Below, piece after piece: positions 26,318-36,363 of a DNA stretch of 64,000 nucleotides; position 1 is the stretch's first letter; every line of letters starts with the position of its first letter. The translations under genes were made by a program, and so were the position numbers. The stretch spans positions 5,815 to 69,814 of IMG/VR virus record IMGVR_UViG_3300043621_000137, one strand, 5' to 3'. The DNA comes from a virus. Under the pieces are notes generated by a model, which ran no database searches, was not told the DNA's origin, and was given only the letters and a program-made list of their open reading frames with translations.

Positions 26318-27802
26318 TCAGCGCCGCCGCGTGGTCGCGCGGTACACCGCGGGGAGCGCGCCCCCGGCCGGATCGGCCGAGCTCGGGAAGCCCGGATTGT
26401 GGCAGTCCATCCGGTCCTCCCAGTACTTGTTGTGCCCGAGGTACCACTTGCCGTCGCTAAACTGCCCGACGCTGCTCGCCTGCCCCACCCAGTAGCTCAG
26501 ATCGCCAATGCCCCCGGGGAGACCGCATTCGGCGATGGCGATGGGGTTGAAGTGGTTGTAGCTCGCTTCCACATCGATCGCGATCTGCGCCGGGTCCGCA
26601 CTCATCGCCACGATCGGATCCCCGGGCGCGGTCCCGGACCCCGTGAGCTTCGCCGCGGCCTGCTGCGCGACCGCGAGCGCTTCCCCTACGGCGCGGCGCA
26701 GCGCGGCGACGTCGTCCTGGGTCGCCGCCGTCGCGGCGAGATCGGCGAGCGTCGCCTGGGTCGCTTGGAGCTGCGTCGTGTGATCGGCGGCCTGGTCCCA
26801 CAAGAGGCGCACCGACTGCTGCGCGCGCCAGTCGGCGATGCCATCGACGTGCGGGTAGCGGCGGCCTGGCGTGTGAGGCGTGGGCTCCACGCGCACGGGG
26901 ATGATCGTGCCGCCGCCACCGCCTCCACCCCCACCGCCCCCGCCACCGCCGGGGCCGGGGGGCGGGTCGATGATGGGCCCGGCGGGCACGCCCGCGACCG
27001 TGACGGTGAGCGCGGTCATATCGCCGGCCTGCTCGCCGATCGTCGCGGCCCAGACGACGCGGAAGCTGTTGTTGGTGAGCGCGCGGAAGGACGGCCAGGC
27101 ATCCACGCCCGCCGCGACATACGGGCCGTAGAGCGGCGTCGTCGCCCCGATGGGGTGGACGACCAGGCCCGAGATCGACGAGTAGTAGCCGAGCCACCAG
27201 GCCCCGTTGATCGGGAAGGCGACCGGGAAGTAGACGTCGCCCGGGAGCGTGACCGGGGTGGGCAGGCCAATGACCGAGAGCACCAGGCCGACCGAATCCT
27301 TCCAGAGCGCGCGGTGCTTGCCGAGCAGACACAGGTCGTAGGCGTGGTTCGGGGTGAGCGTCCACTGTGTGCCGTTCAGCTCGCGCACCTTGGAGGGGCC
27401 GGTCGCGTTGTAGTCGGGTTTGAAGCCGATCTCGGCCTCCGGCCCCATGCCGAGGAGGCCCGCGACGGTCGAGCGGAAGCCGGTCGTGGAGTTGAGCCGG
27501 CGATAGGGCGAGGTCGCGTGCCCCCACCACCAGGCCGCGTGCCCCCCGCCGGCGAAGCCGAAGTTGGCCGCCGAGGGGGTGGCGGGGTTCAGGCGCGCGG
27601 TCGCGCCGGTCGAGACGTTGTAGGTGCTCGCGGTCCACTCGTCGCCGGGCAGCGGGTCGACGCCCGAGGCGAAGGCGATCGTGTCGTCGTCGATCCAGCC
27701 CAGGTTCCCGCCGGCCGGGACGATGACGGCGTTGTTCAGGTTGAGAGCGTAGCCGCCGACCCCGTGGCTGTAGCTGCCGACGCTGTTGATGGTGGGCGGC
27801 AT
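26318..27802 (-). CDS. Putative virion protein (beta-rich N-terminus, poly-Gly linker, coiled coil)
   Basis: 494-aa ORF packed in the tail module. Confidence 0.65.
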   Translation of the reverse strand: MPPTINSVGSYSHGVGGYALNLNNAVIVPAGGNLGWIDDDTIAFASGVDPLPGDEWTASTYNVSTGATARLNPATPSAANFGFAGGGHAAWWWGHATSPYRRLNSTTGFRSTVAGLLGMGPEAEIGFKPDYNATGPSKVRELNGTQWTLTPNHAYDLCLLGKHRALWKDSVGLVLSVIGLPTPVTLPGDVYFPVAFPINGAWWLGYYSSISGLVVHPIGATTPLYGPYVAAGVDAWPSFRALTNNSFRVVWAATIGEQAGDMTALTVTVAGVPAGPIIDPPPGPGGGGGGGGGGGGGGTIIPVRVEPTPHTPGRRYPHVDGIADWRAQQSVRLLWDQAADHTTQLQATQATLADLAATAATQDDVAALRRAVGEALAVAQQAAAKLTGSGTAPGDPIVAMSADPAQIAIDVEASYNHFNPIAIAECGLPGGIGDLSYWVGQASSVGQFSDGKWYLGHNKYWEDRMDCHNPGFPSSADPAGGALPAVYRATTRRR

Positions 27803-27808
27803 CGGGGG

Positions 27809-30800
27809 TTAGGCGGGCGCCTCGGCCGCGGCGCCGCCGCTGGCTTGCGCGGCGAGCACCGCATGGGTCATCGGACGGCTCGGGTCGAGGTCGTCGTTGC
27901 CGAAGGGTTGGACGGTGATCGCGCGGGCCGCGCCCCAGGGCTGAATGACGATCGTCGTCTCGTCGCGATAGAGCCAGAAGGGCGCCGCGCTCGTGAGCAC
28001 GTACTTGATCAGCACACCCTTGCCGGCCTGGAAGCCGTTCAGGAAGCGGCGCTGCTTCTGGCCGCCGGTCGAGGGAATTGCATATGCATGTGTCGTCGTG
28101 TCGCCGACCTGGTTGTGCTGCACGTAGGTCGTGAGCGTGACGTCGGCGGTGGACTTCAAGGTGATGTGGCCGTAGAGCGGATAGAACCAGCCGGGCAGGC
28201 CGTGGTTGGTTTCTTGGGTCTCCCAGCGGTCGAGCGCGAACGGCTCCTCGTCAAAGAGCGGCTCGGCCGAGTAGAGCCGGCCGGGATGACTGTCGACGGG
28301 GAAGAGGCGCCACACGCGGCCGAGCGCCTGTTGGTTGAGCGCCAGCTGCACGACCTTCCGGCCGTTCGTGTTCACCGTGAGCGTCTCGACGACCGTGCCG
28401 TCGACTTCGACCTGGACCTGCTTGTCGACCCCGTAGGTGTCGCATTCGAAGATCACCGCCTTGAGCCACTTGTCGGCGCGCGTGCCGAGGATCGAGAAGT
28501 TCTGGTTCCAGTTGGTCTGCTCGGAGGGCTCGGGTTGGAGCTGCCAGCGGTGCGTGTAGAGGAGGCCCGGCGCCTCGTCGATCGCGACGAAGCGGAAGAC
28601 GTGGCCGCGGCCCCAGGGCAGCGTCAGATGCACGGTCTGCCGGCCGGTGGTCTGGACGCGCCAGAAGGGCTCGCTCGTCGCCGGATGGGCCAGGCGGACG
28701 CCGTCGACGTAGACCTCGATGCGCTTCTCGGCGCCCGCCGTGTCGCAGTAGAGATCGAGCCCCGTGTAGTACTGGTCCCACTGGTTTTCGAAGTGGATGT
28801 CCCAGGCGGCGATCCGCGGCGGCTCCTGGACGTAGATCCAGTCGGCGCGGTAGAGGATCCAGGTGACGCAGTCGAGCGCCTCGGGGCGCAAGCGCACGAG
28901 GTTGGCCGGGACGGCGGGCCAGGAGAACTTGATCTTGTGCCGGTTCGCGGCGGTGACCGTGAGCGTGTCGACCAAGGACCGCGTGCCGTCGAAGTCGCGC
29001 TCGACGAGCACCGTCTTGGTCTGCCCGCCGGTGTCGCAGTCGAGGGTGACGCCGGTGAGCCAGACTTCGTCGGGCGAGTTGAGGTCGTCCCAGTTGGTGA
29101 CGCGCTTGTTGGTGATGTCGGGCTGGAGCGTGATCGCATAGCCGAGCTGATAGAGCGTGGGCGGCGTGCCGGCGGTCGCCCAGCGGAGCTCGCAGGCGAT
29201 CGAGTGCGCCTTCTGCGGGCTCGGCCCGAACGGATCGAGGATGAAGCGCTGCCGCCCGGCGACACCGGTCGTGACCGGGATCGGGAGATCGATATGCGTC
29301 TCCTCGTTCAGGTACACCTGGACGTCGATCTGGGTGCCCGCCGGATCGGCGTCGAGGAAGAGGTCGCCGAAGAGCTTCTCTTCGCGCCGTTCGCCCGAGG
29401 CCGAGCCCGTGCGGATCGTGCAGGCGATCGCCGCCCCATCGTCGCTGGTCCCGCTGTGGCTGTAGCTCACGCCGGTGCCCAGGCCGCCCATGAGGAGGAC
29501 GTCCTCGTCGACGCCCTGGAGCACAGCGGGCGCTTTGCCGAAGCGGTAGTGCCGCCAGAACTTCTGCAGGATGGAGAAGACGAGCACCTGGCGCACACCC
29601 GAGGTGTCCTGGTACTGGAAGTAGAGATCGTTCTCCCACACGGTGAGGCGCAGCGCGGCCGTCTGCGTCTTGTCGATCGGCTGATAGCCGTTGACGGCGG
29701 TGCCGTAGAAGAGCGGGTTGATCTTTTCGCTGAGCCAGTCCTCGGGCCCGCCGTCGGTCGCAAAGACGCCATCCTCGGCAACGAAGAAGATCAGGCCGCC
29801 CGGCCCGGTGCAGAACGACCAGCGGCCGAGCAGCCCGCGCGTGCAGAGGGACGGCGCGGCGGTCACGCCCTGCCCGCCCGAGAGGTTCGGGTAGAGGAAG
29901 TACATCCGCGCGCGGCTGAAGACGAACGCCTGGTGGCCGGCGATGCCGCCGTTGAGCAATTCTTCGGAGGGCGCGCACACTTCGACGTTACCGGTCGCCG
30001 ACCAGTGATCGGGCTGGCCGGCGACGCAGTAGTAGGCGTGCCCGGGGCGGTACGGATCGCCGCAGGCGAAGAGCATCCCCTCGACCGGGCCCCAGAGCGC
30101 TGAGACCGGCTGCGCGAGCACCGTGTCGCCGTCCTCGGTGACGGTGGGCACCGGCTGGTAGTGATCGGACGGGAGCGTGCCCGCGCCGACAATCTCGGCG
30201 TCGCTGAACTCATCGGTAAAGGGCCCGCCGTCGGCCGCGTTCTCCCCGCAAAAGTACCAGTCGTCGATGAGCGAGCCGCCCCGCCGGTAGATGCGTTGGC
30301 GCACGGCCGCGTCGCCGTAGGCCGGCGGGGTGACGATGACGCGGCGGCGCGCCGGATCGATCACGGCCGTCTCGGGGGCGAGCGGGTCGACGCGCAGGTC
30401 GATCTGTTCGTCCGAGCCATTCGACTCGGCCCCCGTGCGCGGATCGTAGTGGGTGACCCGGTAGTCGTAGGGCTGGGCGCCCGGTTCAGAAGTATCGGGG
30501 CCCCAGCCGCCGGTCAGGTACACGCCGTCAACGCCGATCGCGAGCGGGTCGGCGTAGTCGTCGACGGTGCGGACGTAGATGATCAGGCCGGTGACCGTCG
30601 CCCAGTTGCGCCCTGCGGTGGAGCCGATGCGCTGGAAGTCGCCGCGCCGGAAGGGCGCGCCGGTGAGGCCGTAGGTGTACCACTGCTGCGAGGCCAGGCC
30701 GATCTGGAAGGAGCGCGCGCGGCCGGGGTCCGATTGCTCGCGACCGGCCTGCCAGCTGGGGCGGGTGTCGTCGTAGCGGCGCGTCTCGCTGTCCTTGTCG

Positions 30801-31861
30801 CGGAGCGCGTGGATGCGCGCGTCCTCGGCCGCATCGATCTGCGCGCGGACCGCCTGGACGAACTCCACGTAGTCGTTCGGGCGGAAGGCTTTCACGTAGG
30901 CGTCGCTGTTCTTGCCGGCGTCGTCCTTGACCCCCGGGAGCACCAGCGGATCGAACAGCTCGCTGACGACGACGTACAGGCGAATCTCGGCGAGCTTGTC
31001 CGGGTGCGACGTCTTCAGCGAGAGGCGAATGAGGTCGTCGTCGCTCGCGTCGTGGACCGCCCCGCCGTCGATGTCGGTGAGGTGGGTCAGATCGAGATCG
31101 AGCGGCAGGCCCCACCAGGAGTCGTAGCCCCCTTTCACGACCGGGGCCGGATCGTCGAACGGCACGACGACGGTGGCCGGGGCGGTGACGCAGTAGATCC
31201 CTTCGCCGCCAAACGTCGGGCTGAAATCCGGGACGGGCGCCGCGGGCACCCCGGTCACCGTGCCGGCGCCATCGTGACCGGGCGCGGGCGTCCAGGCCGA
31301 GGCCTGGGTGCCGTCGGAGGGGTCGCACTGGGCGATCGCGCGCGAGCACTCGGACGCCAGGTGCGTCGCGGCCGGGGTGGCCGGGGCCGGCAGCCCAATC
31401 GGGAGCGCCAGGCCGTCGGCGCGCACCTTCGCCATCTTGCTCGCGTCGCCGACAAACATCCAGGGGACGCCCGAGAGCGGCGGGCGGTGGGGGAGGAGCG
31501 CGAGCGGCTGGCCGCTGTAGCCGGAGGAGACGGGGGCGGTCGCCCCGCTGAGCCCCCGATGAAGCGCGCTACCGACGCCCCAGAAGCGCGTGTCGGGGCC
31601 GCCCGGGTCATGGAGCTTGCGAATCGAGTGACAGATCGTTTCCCCGCCGTGGGTCGCGACGACCGTCTGGCCCGGGCGGGCGGTCGCTTCGCCTTCCGAC
31701 TGGTGCCAGAGGTTGGTGTGGCGCGCCCAGCCCTCCATCGCATCGAGCGAGTCCTTGAGGTTGAGCGTACCCGAGCCGAAGCGCACGCGGTGGTTCTCGA
31801 ACGCGCCCTCGAACTGGCTGTTCGTGACGTTCTGCGCGCGGCGGCTGATCTGTTCGGCCAT
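27809..31861 (-). CDS. Tail nozzle / tubular protein B-like (P22 gp10 position) with repeated C-terminal domains
   Basis: 1350 aa, beta-propeller-like middle, position after the adaptors; repeated x-CDT-G..K...V.VDG units. Confidence 0.65.
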   Translation of the reverse strand: MAEQISRRAQNVTNSQFEGAFENHRVRFGSGTLNLKDSLDAMEGWARHTNLWHQSEGEATARPGQTVVATHGGETICHSIRKLHDPGGPDTRFWGVGSALHRGLSGATAPVSSGYSGQPLALLPHRPPLSGVPWMFVGDASKMAKVRADGLALPIGLPAPATPAATHLASECSRAIAQCDPSDGTQASAWTPAPGHDGAGTVTGVPAAPVPDFSPTFGGEGIYCVTAPATVVVPFDDPAPVVKGGYDSWWGLPLDLDLTHLTDIDGGAVHDASDDDLIRLSLKTSHPDKLAEIRLYVVVSELFDPLVLPGVKDDAGKNSDAYVKAFRPNDYVEFVQAVRAQIDAAEDARIHALRDKDSETRRYDDTRPSWQAGREQSDPGRARSFQIGLASQQWYTYGLTGAPFRRGDFQRIGSTAGRNWATVTGLIIYVRTVDDYADPLAIGVDGVYLTGGWGPDTSEPGAQPYDYRVTHYDPRTGAESNGSDEQIDLRVDPLAPETAVIDPARRRVIVTPPAYGDAAVRQRIYRRGGSLIDDWYFCGENAADGGPFTDEFSDAEIVGAGTLPSDHYQPVPTVTEDGDTVLAQPVSALWGPVEGMLFACGDPYRPGHAYYCVAGQPDHWSATGNVEVCAPSEELLNGGIAGHQAFVFSRARMYFLYPNLSGGQGVTAAPSLCTRGLLGRWSFCTGPGGLIFFVAEDGVFATDGGPEDWLSEKINPLFYGTAVNGYQPIDKTQTAALRLTVWENDLYFQYQDTSGVRQVLVFSILQKFWRHYRFGKAPAVLQGVDEDVLLMGGLGTGVSYSHSGTSDDGAAIACTIRTGSASGERREEKLFGDLFLDADPAGTQIDVQVYLNEETHIDLPIPVTTGVAGRQRFILDPFGPSPQKAHSIACELRWATAGTPPTLYQLGYAITLQPDITNKRVTNWDDLNSPDEVWLTGVTLDCDTGGQTKTVLVERDFDGTRSLVDTLTVTAANRHKIKFSWPAVPANLVRLRPEALDCVTWILYRADWIYVQEPPRIAAWDIHFENQWDQYYTGLDLYCDTAGAEKRIEVYVDGVRLAHPATSEPFWRVQTTGRQTVHLTLPWGRGHVFRFVAIDEAPGLLYTHRWQLQPEPSEQTNWNQNFSILGTRADKWLKAVIFECDTYGVDKQVQVEVDGTVVETLTVNTNGRKVVQLALNQQALGRVWRLFPVDSHPGRLYSAEPLFDEEPFALDRWETQETNHGLPGWFYPLYGHITLKSTADVTLTTYVQHNQVGDTTTHAYAIPSTGGQKQRRFLNGFQAGKGVLIKYVLTSAAPFWLYRDETTIVIQPWGAARAITVQPFGNDDLDPSRPMTHAVLAAQASGGAAAEAPA

Positions 31862-31952
31862 CGGGAGGCGTCCTCCTGCTCGTCCCGCACCGACGCGCCG
31901 ACCCCGGAGTCGATGGACTCACGAGGCCCGGCGCGTCCCGCGAGGCGTGTGC

Positions 31953-32468
31953 CTACACCTTGGGCGTCGGCTTACCGCTGTCGGGCAGCGTGTTGTCCGG
32001 CTTGCCCGGTCGTCCGCCCGGCAGCGTGTGGTCCGGATGACCCCCGCCGCCTGGCAGGGAATGGTCGGGATGGCCGCCACCACCTGGCAGCGTGTGGTCA
32101 GGATGGCCCATGTCGCCCGGCAGCGTGTGGTCGGGCACCAGAATCAGCCCGAGGCACGCGAGCCACTTCACGATGTATTTCCGGCCCGGGACAATCGGCA
32201 ACTGTGCCGCGTACGGCGGCAAACTGTTGTCGGGCTTCTCGGTCGGGTCGAACGGGAACACCGGGAGCTGGACCGCTTGCCCTGGGGGCGGCAGGTAGAT
32301 CGGCTGCGACGGATGCCCGCCGCCGCCATACGAGGGCAACTGCCCCGCATTGGGCGGCGGCGGCAGGTAAATCGGCGGCGACGGATACGGGCCGCCGCCC
32401 GGGAGCGTGTTATCGACCCCCTGGCCCCCATCCAAGAACGTGATCAGCGCAAGACGTTGTGATGCCAT
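31953..32468 (-). CDS. Pro/Gly-rich repeat protein (PDHTLPG and PIYLPP repeats)
   Basis: GAGGAGG RBS; about seven D[NH][TS]LP units. Confidence 0.75.
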   Translation of the reverse strand: MASQRLALITFLDGGQGVDNTLPGGGPYPSPPIYLPPPPNAGQLPSYGGGGHPSQPIYLPPPGQAVQLPVFPFDPTEKPDNSLPPYAAQLPIVPGRKYIVKWLACLGLILVPDHTLPGDMGHPDHTLPGGGGHPDHSLPGGGGHPDHTLPGGRPGKPDNTLPDSGKPTPKV

Positions 32469-32553
32469 GCTTCCTCCTCGGGTAACGGATTGTTGATTGA
32501 CGGACTCGCTAGCACTCGACTCGCCACATCCACACATCGGGTGTGCCTTCCTT

Positions 32554-33195
32554 TCACGCAAAGCCGCCCAGCAGGATGCTGGCGGCGGTCTCGGTGAGCT
32601 GGTACCGCCGCTCGGCGTACTGGGCCCGCTCGTCATCGAGCAGCCGGCCGACCTTGCGGAGCAGCGTGCCGAGCGCGGCGTACTTGAGCGCCGAGGCGAA
32701 CTCGGGCGCGAGCGGCAGCGGAGCGGCGACCCCGCCGACCGCGGGCGCGACGTTCGGGGGTTTGGCGATGTACAGCAGTTCGATCGTGCCCGCCACGTGC
32801 GGCGTCGGGACCAGGCGCAGGGTGAGGGTCGGCCCATCGAGATCGGCGTAGCCGAGCGGCAGGCCGGGGGCGGTCTCCCAGCCCGGGACGGCCAGGTCGC
32901 CCTCGAAGGCGTCGACCGGGCCGAGCGGCGTACGCGTGTCGTCGTCGGCGCGCCAGACCAGGTGGGCGGTCGCCAGCCAGTCGGGGGGCAGATCGATCTG
33001 CGTGGTGGCGGCCGGGACGGCGATCTCGACCCGCGTCACGGTTTGGTGCGTGTCGCGGACGAGCGCGCGGACGCCGGCGTTGATCGCGTCGAGCACCTCG
33101 CCCCGCGTCCAGATGAGCGACGGGAAGCTGTCGCCGCCGTCGGGCGGTTCGATGAGCACGTACTGGAGCTCTTCCAACAGCTCGCGGTCAGTCAT
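32554..33195 (-). CDS. Head-tail adaptor / tubular protein A-like
   Basis: WTRGEVLDAINAG...LVPTP...ALKYAAL adaptor pattern. Confidence 0.7.
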   Translation of the reverse strand: MTDRELLEELQYVLIEPPDGGDSFPSLIWTRGEVLDAINAGVRALVRDTHQTVTRVEIAVPAATTQIDLPPDWLATAHLVWRADDDTRTPLGPVDAFEGDLAVPGWETAPGLPLGYADLDGPTLTLRLVPTPHVAGTIELLYIAKPPNVAPAVGGVAAPLPLAPEFASALKYAALGTLLRKVGRLLDDERAQYAERRYQLTETAASILLGGFA

Positions 33196-33919
33196 TGGCG
33201 GTCTCCGCCTGGTCGTGCCGACTGAACTGCGCGACCACGCCCTGCAGCTGGTTCGGCGCGCCGGTCGAGGGTTGGAGATCGCGCCGGCGATCGAGCCCGG
33301 CCCAGCGACGGTACTGCTGGTTGGTCTTGAGTAGCGCGTTCTCGTCGGCCGCCGCCTGGAGGAACGCCTCGAAGTACGGCCGGGTCGCCCGCCAGCGATC
33401 GCCCGCTTCCTTGTAGGCGGCGACGTGGAGCGCCATGTCGGCGATGACGTCGATGATCTCCTCGCCGAGGTCGACCCGGTCCAGCGGGTCCACCAGCACC
33501 GGCGTCGCCATGACGCCGTCGCAGACGAGCGCGGCGGGCGCGACGGTGGGGAAGGCCGGCCAGATGGCGATCTGGGTGAGTGAGACGGGCGCCCAGAGCT
33601 GCGGCACGGCGGCGGTGTCCAGACGCCACTGCGGCGCGGCGAGATCGAGTTCGAGGATCGAGGTCGGGTGGAGCGGGGCGCCCGCGGCGGTGGTCACCCG
33701 CATCGCGTAGGTGAGCAGGCCCGGGAGCGTGATCTCCGGCGTGCCGGCGGTGGCGGAGAGGAACACCCGCGTGCGCCAGCGGCCGGTCAGCAGGTTCCAC
33801 TCGCGGAGCGCTTCGTTCAACGCGAGGCGCGCTTCTTCGGCCGTCCAGAAGACGACCGTGTCCCAGCGCTGGATCATCCGCAGCTGGAGGCCCGCGAGGG
33901 TGGTGTGGGTGTAGGGCAC
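33188..33919 (-). CDS. Head-tail adaptor paralogue
   Basis: FWTAEEARLALNEALREW...IWPA...ALHVAAYKE. Confidence 0.7.
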   Translation of the reverse strand: MPYTHTTLAGLQLRMIQRWDTVVFWTAEEARLALNEALREWNLLTGRWRTRVFLSATAGTPEITLPGLLTYAMRVTTAAGAPLHPTSILELDLAAPQWRLDTAAVPQLWAPVSLTQIAIWPAFPTVAPAALVCDGVMATPVLVDPLDRVDLGEEIIDVIADMALHVAAYKEAGDRWRATRPYFEAFLQAAADENALLKTNQQYRRWAGLDRRRDLQPSTGAPNQLQGVVAQFSRHDQAETAND

Positions 33920-33934
33920 GGGGGCTCGGGCTCC

Positions 33935-33971
33935 AGTGTTACGGCAGGGGGCGGGCGGGGCAAGATCCCCC
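33935..33971 (-). promoter_or_regulatory. Late promoter motif, copy B
   Basis: GGGGGATC-TTGCCC-N17-AACACT. Confidence 0.55.
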
Positions 33972-35294
33972 GGCGGCGGCGTCGTCGACCGGGAACGCCC
34001 CCGTGATGCAGACCAGCGGGCGGAGGAAGACCTCGACGACCAGCTGCGTGGCGCGCGCGCGACCCGGGACCTGCGTGAAGGCCTCGACCGCCGCCTGCGT
34101 GAGGCGCGCCGAGACGGCGGGCGCCGGGAGGAAGACGTCGACGGCCAGCTGGGTGAGCCGGACCGGGATCGCGTCGACCGGGGTGAGCAGTTCGAGGAGC
34201 GCCTGGGTGACGGCCGTCGACGTCGCCCGCGTCAGCAGTTCCGTGACCGCTTGCGTGACGCGCGTGTCGGGCGGCGGGGGGATCAGCTGCAGGATCTCGA
34301 TGACCGCCTGGGTGACGCGCGCGGCCGGGAGGACCGGGCGGCTGAGGGTTTCGCTGACGGCCTGCGTGACGCGCGCGACGGCGGGCGTGGAGACGACCGC
34401 CACCAGGAACTCGACTTCGAGTTCCCAGGGCGAGGTACTCCGGCTGCCCGAGACGCCGAGCAGCCGGTAGTAGCGGTAGGCGGTCGCGTTGCTCTCGCCG
34501 CCGCCGAAGCAGGTGACAAACGGGCCCAGCGCGACCGTGTTGCCGAGGGTGACGACGGCGCTGAGGTCCGTCCACGCGCTGCCGTCGGGACTGCCTTGGA
34601 GTTTCCAGTCGCCCTGCGCGAGCGTCCGATCCAACCAGAAGCGTGCCTGCTGCACCACGACGGGGGTGCCGAGATCGAACCGCACCCAGTGCCCCGCGAC
34701 GGCGACCGCGTCCCAAAACAGCTCACTCAGGGCGAAGGATCCATTCACCAGGGTCGCGGGCGTCCCCGGCGTCCCGAACCAGCTGATGCCGCTACTGGTG
34801 ACGGTGATCGCGCCCGTGCGGTTGCCACTGCCGAGCGGATTGAGGTACGAGGTCGTGCCCGCCTCGTCGACCTTGAACGCGATCTCGTAGATCCACGGGC
34901 TGGTGCTGGCCGCCCCGCTGACTTGGAACAGGCGGTAGAAGACGTAGCCGGTGGTGTTGCCGGCGAGGGAGGTGAGCGTCTGGGTCGCAACCCCGCCGAG
35001 CGTGAACGAGCCGCCGATGTCGGTCCAGGTCGTGCGGTCGTGGCTGCCCTGCCACTTCCAGGTGCCGTGGGCGGCCGTGTTCTGCTGGTACCACGTGGCC
35101 TCGTCGATGACCTTCTTCGACGGGAACCAGAACTCCAGGACGTTGCCGGTCGCGGTGTTGAAGAACCACGCATTCGTCGTCGTGTTGCCGTCGAGGCAGG
35201 CGGTCAACGTGCCCGCGTAGGACACGGCCGACGTGACGAGCACCAGCGTCCGGCGGTCGCCCGACCCGCACGGATTGGTGTAGGAGGTCGCCAT
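33939..35294 (-). CDS. Tail protein with two discoidin/F5-8-like domains and seven RVTQ repeats
   Basis: Duplicated TSYxNPxGSGxR...WKxQGSxD...WTD...YR; C-terminal xRVTQAVxE repeats. Confidence 0.75.
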   Translation of the reverse strand: MATSYTNPCGSGDRRTLVLVTSAVSYAGTLTACLDGNTTTNAWFFNTATGNVLEFWFPSKKVIDEATWYQQNTAAHGTWKWQGSHDRTTWTDIGGSFTLGGVATQTLTSLAGNTTGYVFYRLFQVSGAASTSPWIYEIAFKVDEAGTTSYLNPLGSGNRTGAITVTSSGISWFGTPGTPATLVNGSFALSELFWDAVAVAGHWVRFDLGTPVVVQQARFWLDRTLAQGDWKLQGSPDGSAWTDLSAVVTLGNTVALGPFVTCFGGGESNATAYRYYRLLGVSGSRSTSPWELEVEFLVAVVSTPAVARVTQAVSETLSRPVLPAARVTQAVIEILQLIPPPPDTRVTQAVTELLTRATSTAVTQALLELLTPVDAIPVRLTQLAVDVFLPAPAVSARLTQAAVEAFTQVPGRARATQLVVEVFLRPLVCITGAFPVDDAAAGGSCPARPLP

Positions 35295-35309
35295 CGGCAG
35301 GCTCGCCGA

Positions 35310-36362
35310 TCAGGCGGTACGCTTGTAGCCGAACTCGGCCGCGTTGAAGTCGGCTTCGGTCCACGCCGCGCCGGTGCCTGGGTTGGTGGCGGCGACGGCC
35401 AGGCCGTAGGCGTAGGTCGTGCCAGGCGCGATCGCCGCGCCCGGGTAGTCGATGCCGCTGTGGCGGATGACGGGCGCGACCGTGCAGGTGCCCGCGTCCA
35501 TCTTCTTCAGGTTGAGGCACTGCTGGACGCCGTAGATGGTCGCGCCCGGGACCGGGGCGTCCTGGGTCACGAAGGTGTCGGTCGCGTTGACGGTGGACGT
35601 CGAGACGTAGGTGGTGTCGTCGTCGGGGGCGGCGTCATTCACCGCATCCCAGTTGGCGCCCGCAAGCGGCGTCCAGCCCGTGGTGGCGCCCGCGGCGGTC
35701 GGCAAGCGCGCGTCGACGCGGCAGTCGCCCAGGAAGTCGTTCCAGGGGGCGCTCCCGGATCGGTCGCACACATACAGATCATCGAAGTCCAGCGTGAGCG
35801 CCCCGCCCACGATGCCCGCCGGGTTACACCCCAGCGCGAGCGCGGTCCACGCGCTGTTGGCGGTCTGTCGTGTGTTGCCACTGAAGGTCAGCACGCCCAC
35901 CCCGTTGACGCGCACGTCGAGGGTGCCCACGCTAGGATCGATCAGTCCCCGGAACTCCACGTAGCTCATCGTCGCAGTCGAGAGCGGGCTCGCGGAGGTG
36001 GCGACGGCCGTCCCGCCCCGCAACGCCGACAGCGTCAGGTCTTGATTCAGGCGCAACGCGACTTGCACGGTCGCCCCCTCCTGGATCGTCAGGAAGGTCA
36101 CCGCGGCGGAGCCGGGGGCCGCGCTGGGTTTACACGCCACGCCAACGACGAACCCCGCGCCCGTGGGGGCCAGCCCCTTCTGCACGTAGCACCCGCTCGC
36201 CCCACCCGTGAATGCCGACTGCACGCAGCGATAGCCGCCCGAGCCACGCCGACCGAAGGCGCCAATCGTGTTGCTCCCGGAGACCGCGGACAGGCTCGTC
36301 CACTTGTCCGCGAGATCGGCGGTCGCGTAGTGATCGAACGAGTCCATGAAGAGGAGCGCCAT
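35310..36362 (-). CDS. Lectin/LamG-like tail protein (paralogue A)
   Basis: LLFMDSFDHY...FDDLYV...FLGD...NPGTGAAWT. Confidence 0.75.
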   Translation of the reverse strand: MALLFMDSFDHYATADLADKWTSLSAVSGSNTIGAFGRRGSGGYRCVQSAFTGGASGCYVQKGLAPTGAGFVVGVACKPSAAPGSAAVTFLTIQEGATVQVALRLNQDLTLSALRGGTAVATSASPLSTATMSYVEFRGLIDPSVGTLDVRVNGVGVLTFSGNTRQTANSAWTALALGCNPAGIVGGALTLDFDDLYVCDRSGSAPWNDFLGDCRVDARLPTAAGATTGWTPLAGANWDAVNDAAPDDDTTYVSTSTVNATDTFVTQDAPVPGATIYGVQQCLNLKKMDAGTCTVAPVIRHSGIDYPGAAIAPGTTYAYGLAVAATNPGTGAAWTEADFNAAEFGYKRTA

Positions 36363-36363
36363 C

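Noticed and set aside
26399-30103. 1234-aa + strand ORF, and similar ORFs at 45457-49074, 33936-36401 and 51492-53711
   Set aside because: Antisense shadows of GC-rich genes with no motifs, unlike the intein antisense ORF
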